This document shows positions 40,292 to 40,726 of a stretch of DNA of 40,726 nt, in pieces; position 1 is the stretch's first letter; every line of letters begins with the position of its first letter. The stretch lies in the NCBI GenBank assembly GCA_015485895.1, contig WFSR01000062.1, positions 1-40,726 of the forward strand. Reading direction: 5' to 3'. The stretch comes from Candidatus Microgenomates bacterium. Lineage in GTDB: Bacteria; Patescibacteriota; Microgenomatia; UBA12405; UBA6130. The notes under the pieces are model-generated. The model was given only the letters and a program-made list of their open reading frames with translations. It did no database searches and was not told the DNA's origin. The position numbers were made by a program, and so were the translations under genes.

Positions 40292-40465
40292 AATACCAAA
40301 ATTCTAAATTCTAAACTCTAATCCGCCAGCTGGCGGACTAAACAAATTCAAATGACCAAAATTCAAATGTTCAAAACATCCTTGTCATCTTTTTTGTTTT
40401 GGTCATTTAGTCATTTGAATTTTGGGTTTGTTTAGGATTTGGGTCATTAGGATTTAGAGTTTGTT
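40292..40465. repeat. AT-rich strand-skewed quasi-palindrome, near-identical copy of 4413-4575
   Basis: 40319-40379 matches 4413-4473 at 60 of 61 nt. The right arm ttttggtcatttagtcatttgaatttt...ggatttgggtcattaggattt matches 4505-4570 with scattered changes. Confidence 0.9.
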
Positions 40466-40468
40466 TGA

Positions 40469-40607
40469 CTTAGTTCCTAGTTCCTAGTTCCATTTACTCA
40501 AACTTCCTCTTTCTCATATTAAAGCTTTAGGCTTTCAGCTTTTAGCAGCCCTTTAGGGCTTTTGCTTTTTCCTAGTTCCTAGTTCCTCCAACCTAGTTCC
40601 TAGTTCT
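40469..40607 (+). repeat. heptamer-rich module shared with 30688-30823 and 26241-26336
   Basis: cttagttc ctagttc ctagttc, then catttact..., then aaagctttaggctttcagcttttagcagccctttagg, then cctagttcctagttcctccaacctagttcctagttc. Confidence 0.85.
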
Positions 40608-40613
40608 ATCTAT

Positions 40614-40726
40614 CTCGTCATGCTGAATTTAGTTCAGCATCTTCAGCTGGATGGGCAACCACCATTATTGATACAACATCCAGCTGGAGATCCTGAACCC
40701 CCCGACGTTCCGCCAACTGGCGGAGT
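40614..40726. repeat. second copy of the three-hairpin element, truncated by the window end
   Basis: ctcgtcat. hp1 at 40620-40640 (atgctgaa tttag ttcagcat). hp2 at 40641-40689 (cttcagctggatg...catccagctggag). Then atcctgaaccccccgacgt... The order and spacing match 20504-20650, but the hairpin sequences differ. Confidence 0.75.

Noticed and set aside
4263-40726. CRISPR array interpretation of the recurring palindromes
   Set aside because: The repeats are not regularly spaced, occur one to three per spacer between genes, differ in sequence, and no cas genes are present.

Overview
The window reads as a compact bacterial chromosome segment using the standard genetic code. Several features suggest a Patescibacteria/CPR-like or similarly reduced monoderm lineage, though this is inference only: domain-reduced housekeeping proteins, a pilus locus without a secretin, and a lone VirB3/VirB4-like pair. 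About 47 protein genes and 2 tRNAs are supportable. They are: a long-form dCTP-deaminase-like gene; secE-nusG-rplK-rplA; tRNA-Ala fused almost directly to trpS; a GT4 glycosyltransferase; a 3-gene PrgI(VirB3)-like / unknown / VirB4-like ATPase module; a trigger factor lacking its PPIase domain; thrS-infC-rpmI-rplT; a class A PBP; a long-form ThyX; an MprF-like protein; a 4xCBS protein with an HPF-like tail; tRNA-Tyr-rpmG-DedA; recG; an NlpC/P60-like protein; rpmF-nusB-rnc-rpsP-KH; and a ~12-kb type IV pilus locus (pilB-pilT-pilC-pilin-pilD, eight further prepilins, pilM-pilN-pilO-like). The least ordinary signal is non-coding. Almost every long spacer (360-500 bp) is built from the same shuffled repeat modules, while convergent genes overlap with no terminator space. 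The modules are strand-skewed AT-rich quasi-palindromes, GC-rich palindromic hairpins, 7-bp tandem arrays, a TIR-bounded three-hairpin element, and a conserved ~80-nt element. Operon-first genes carry a -10 box only 5-10 nt from the start codon, a leaderless layout. All family names come from reading motifs by eye. No database search was run.
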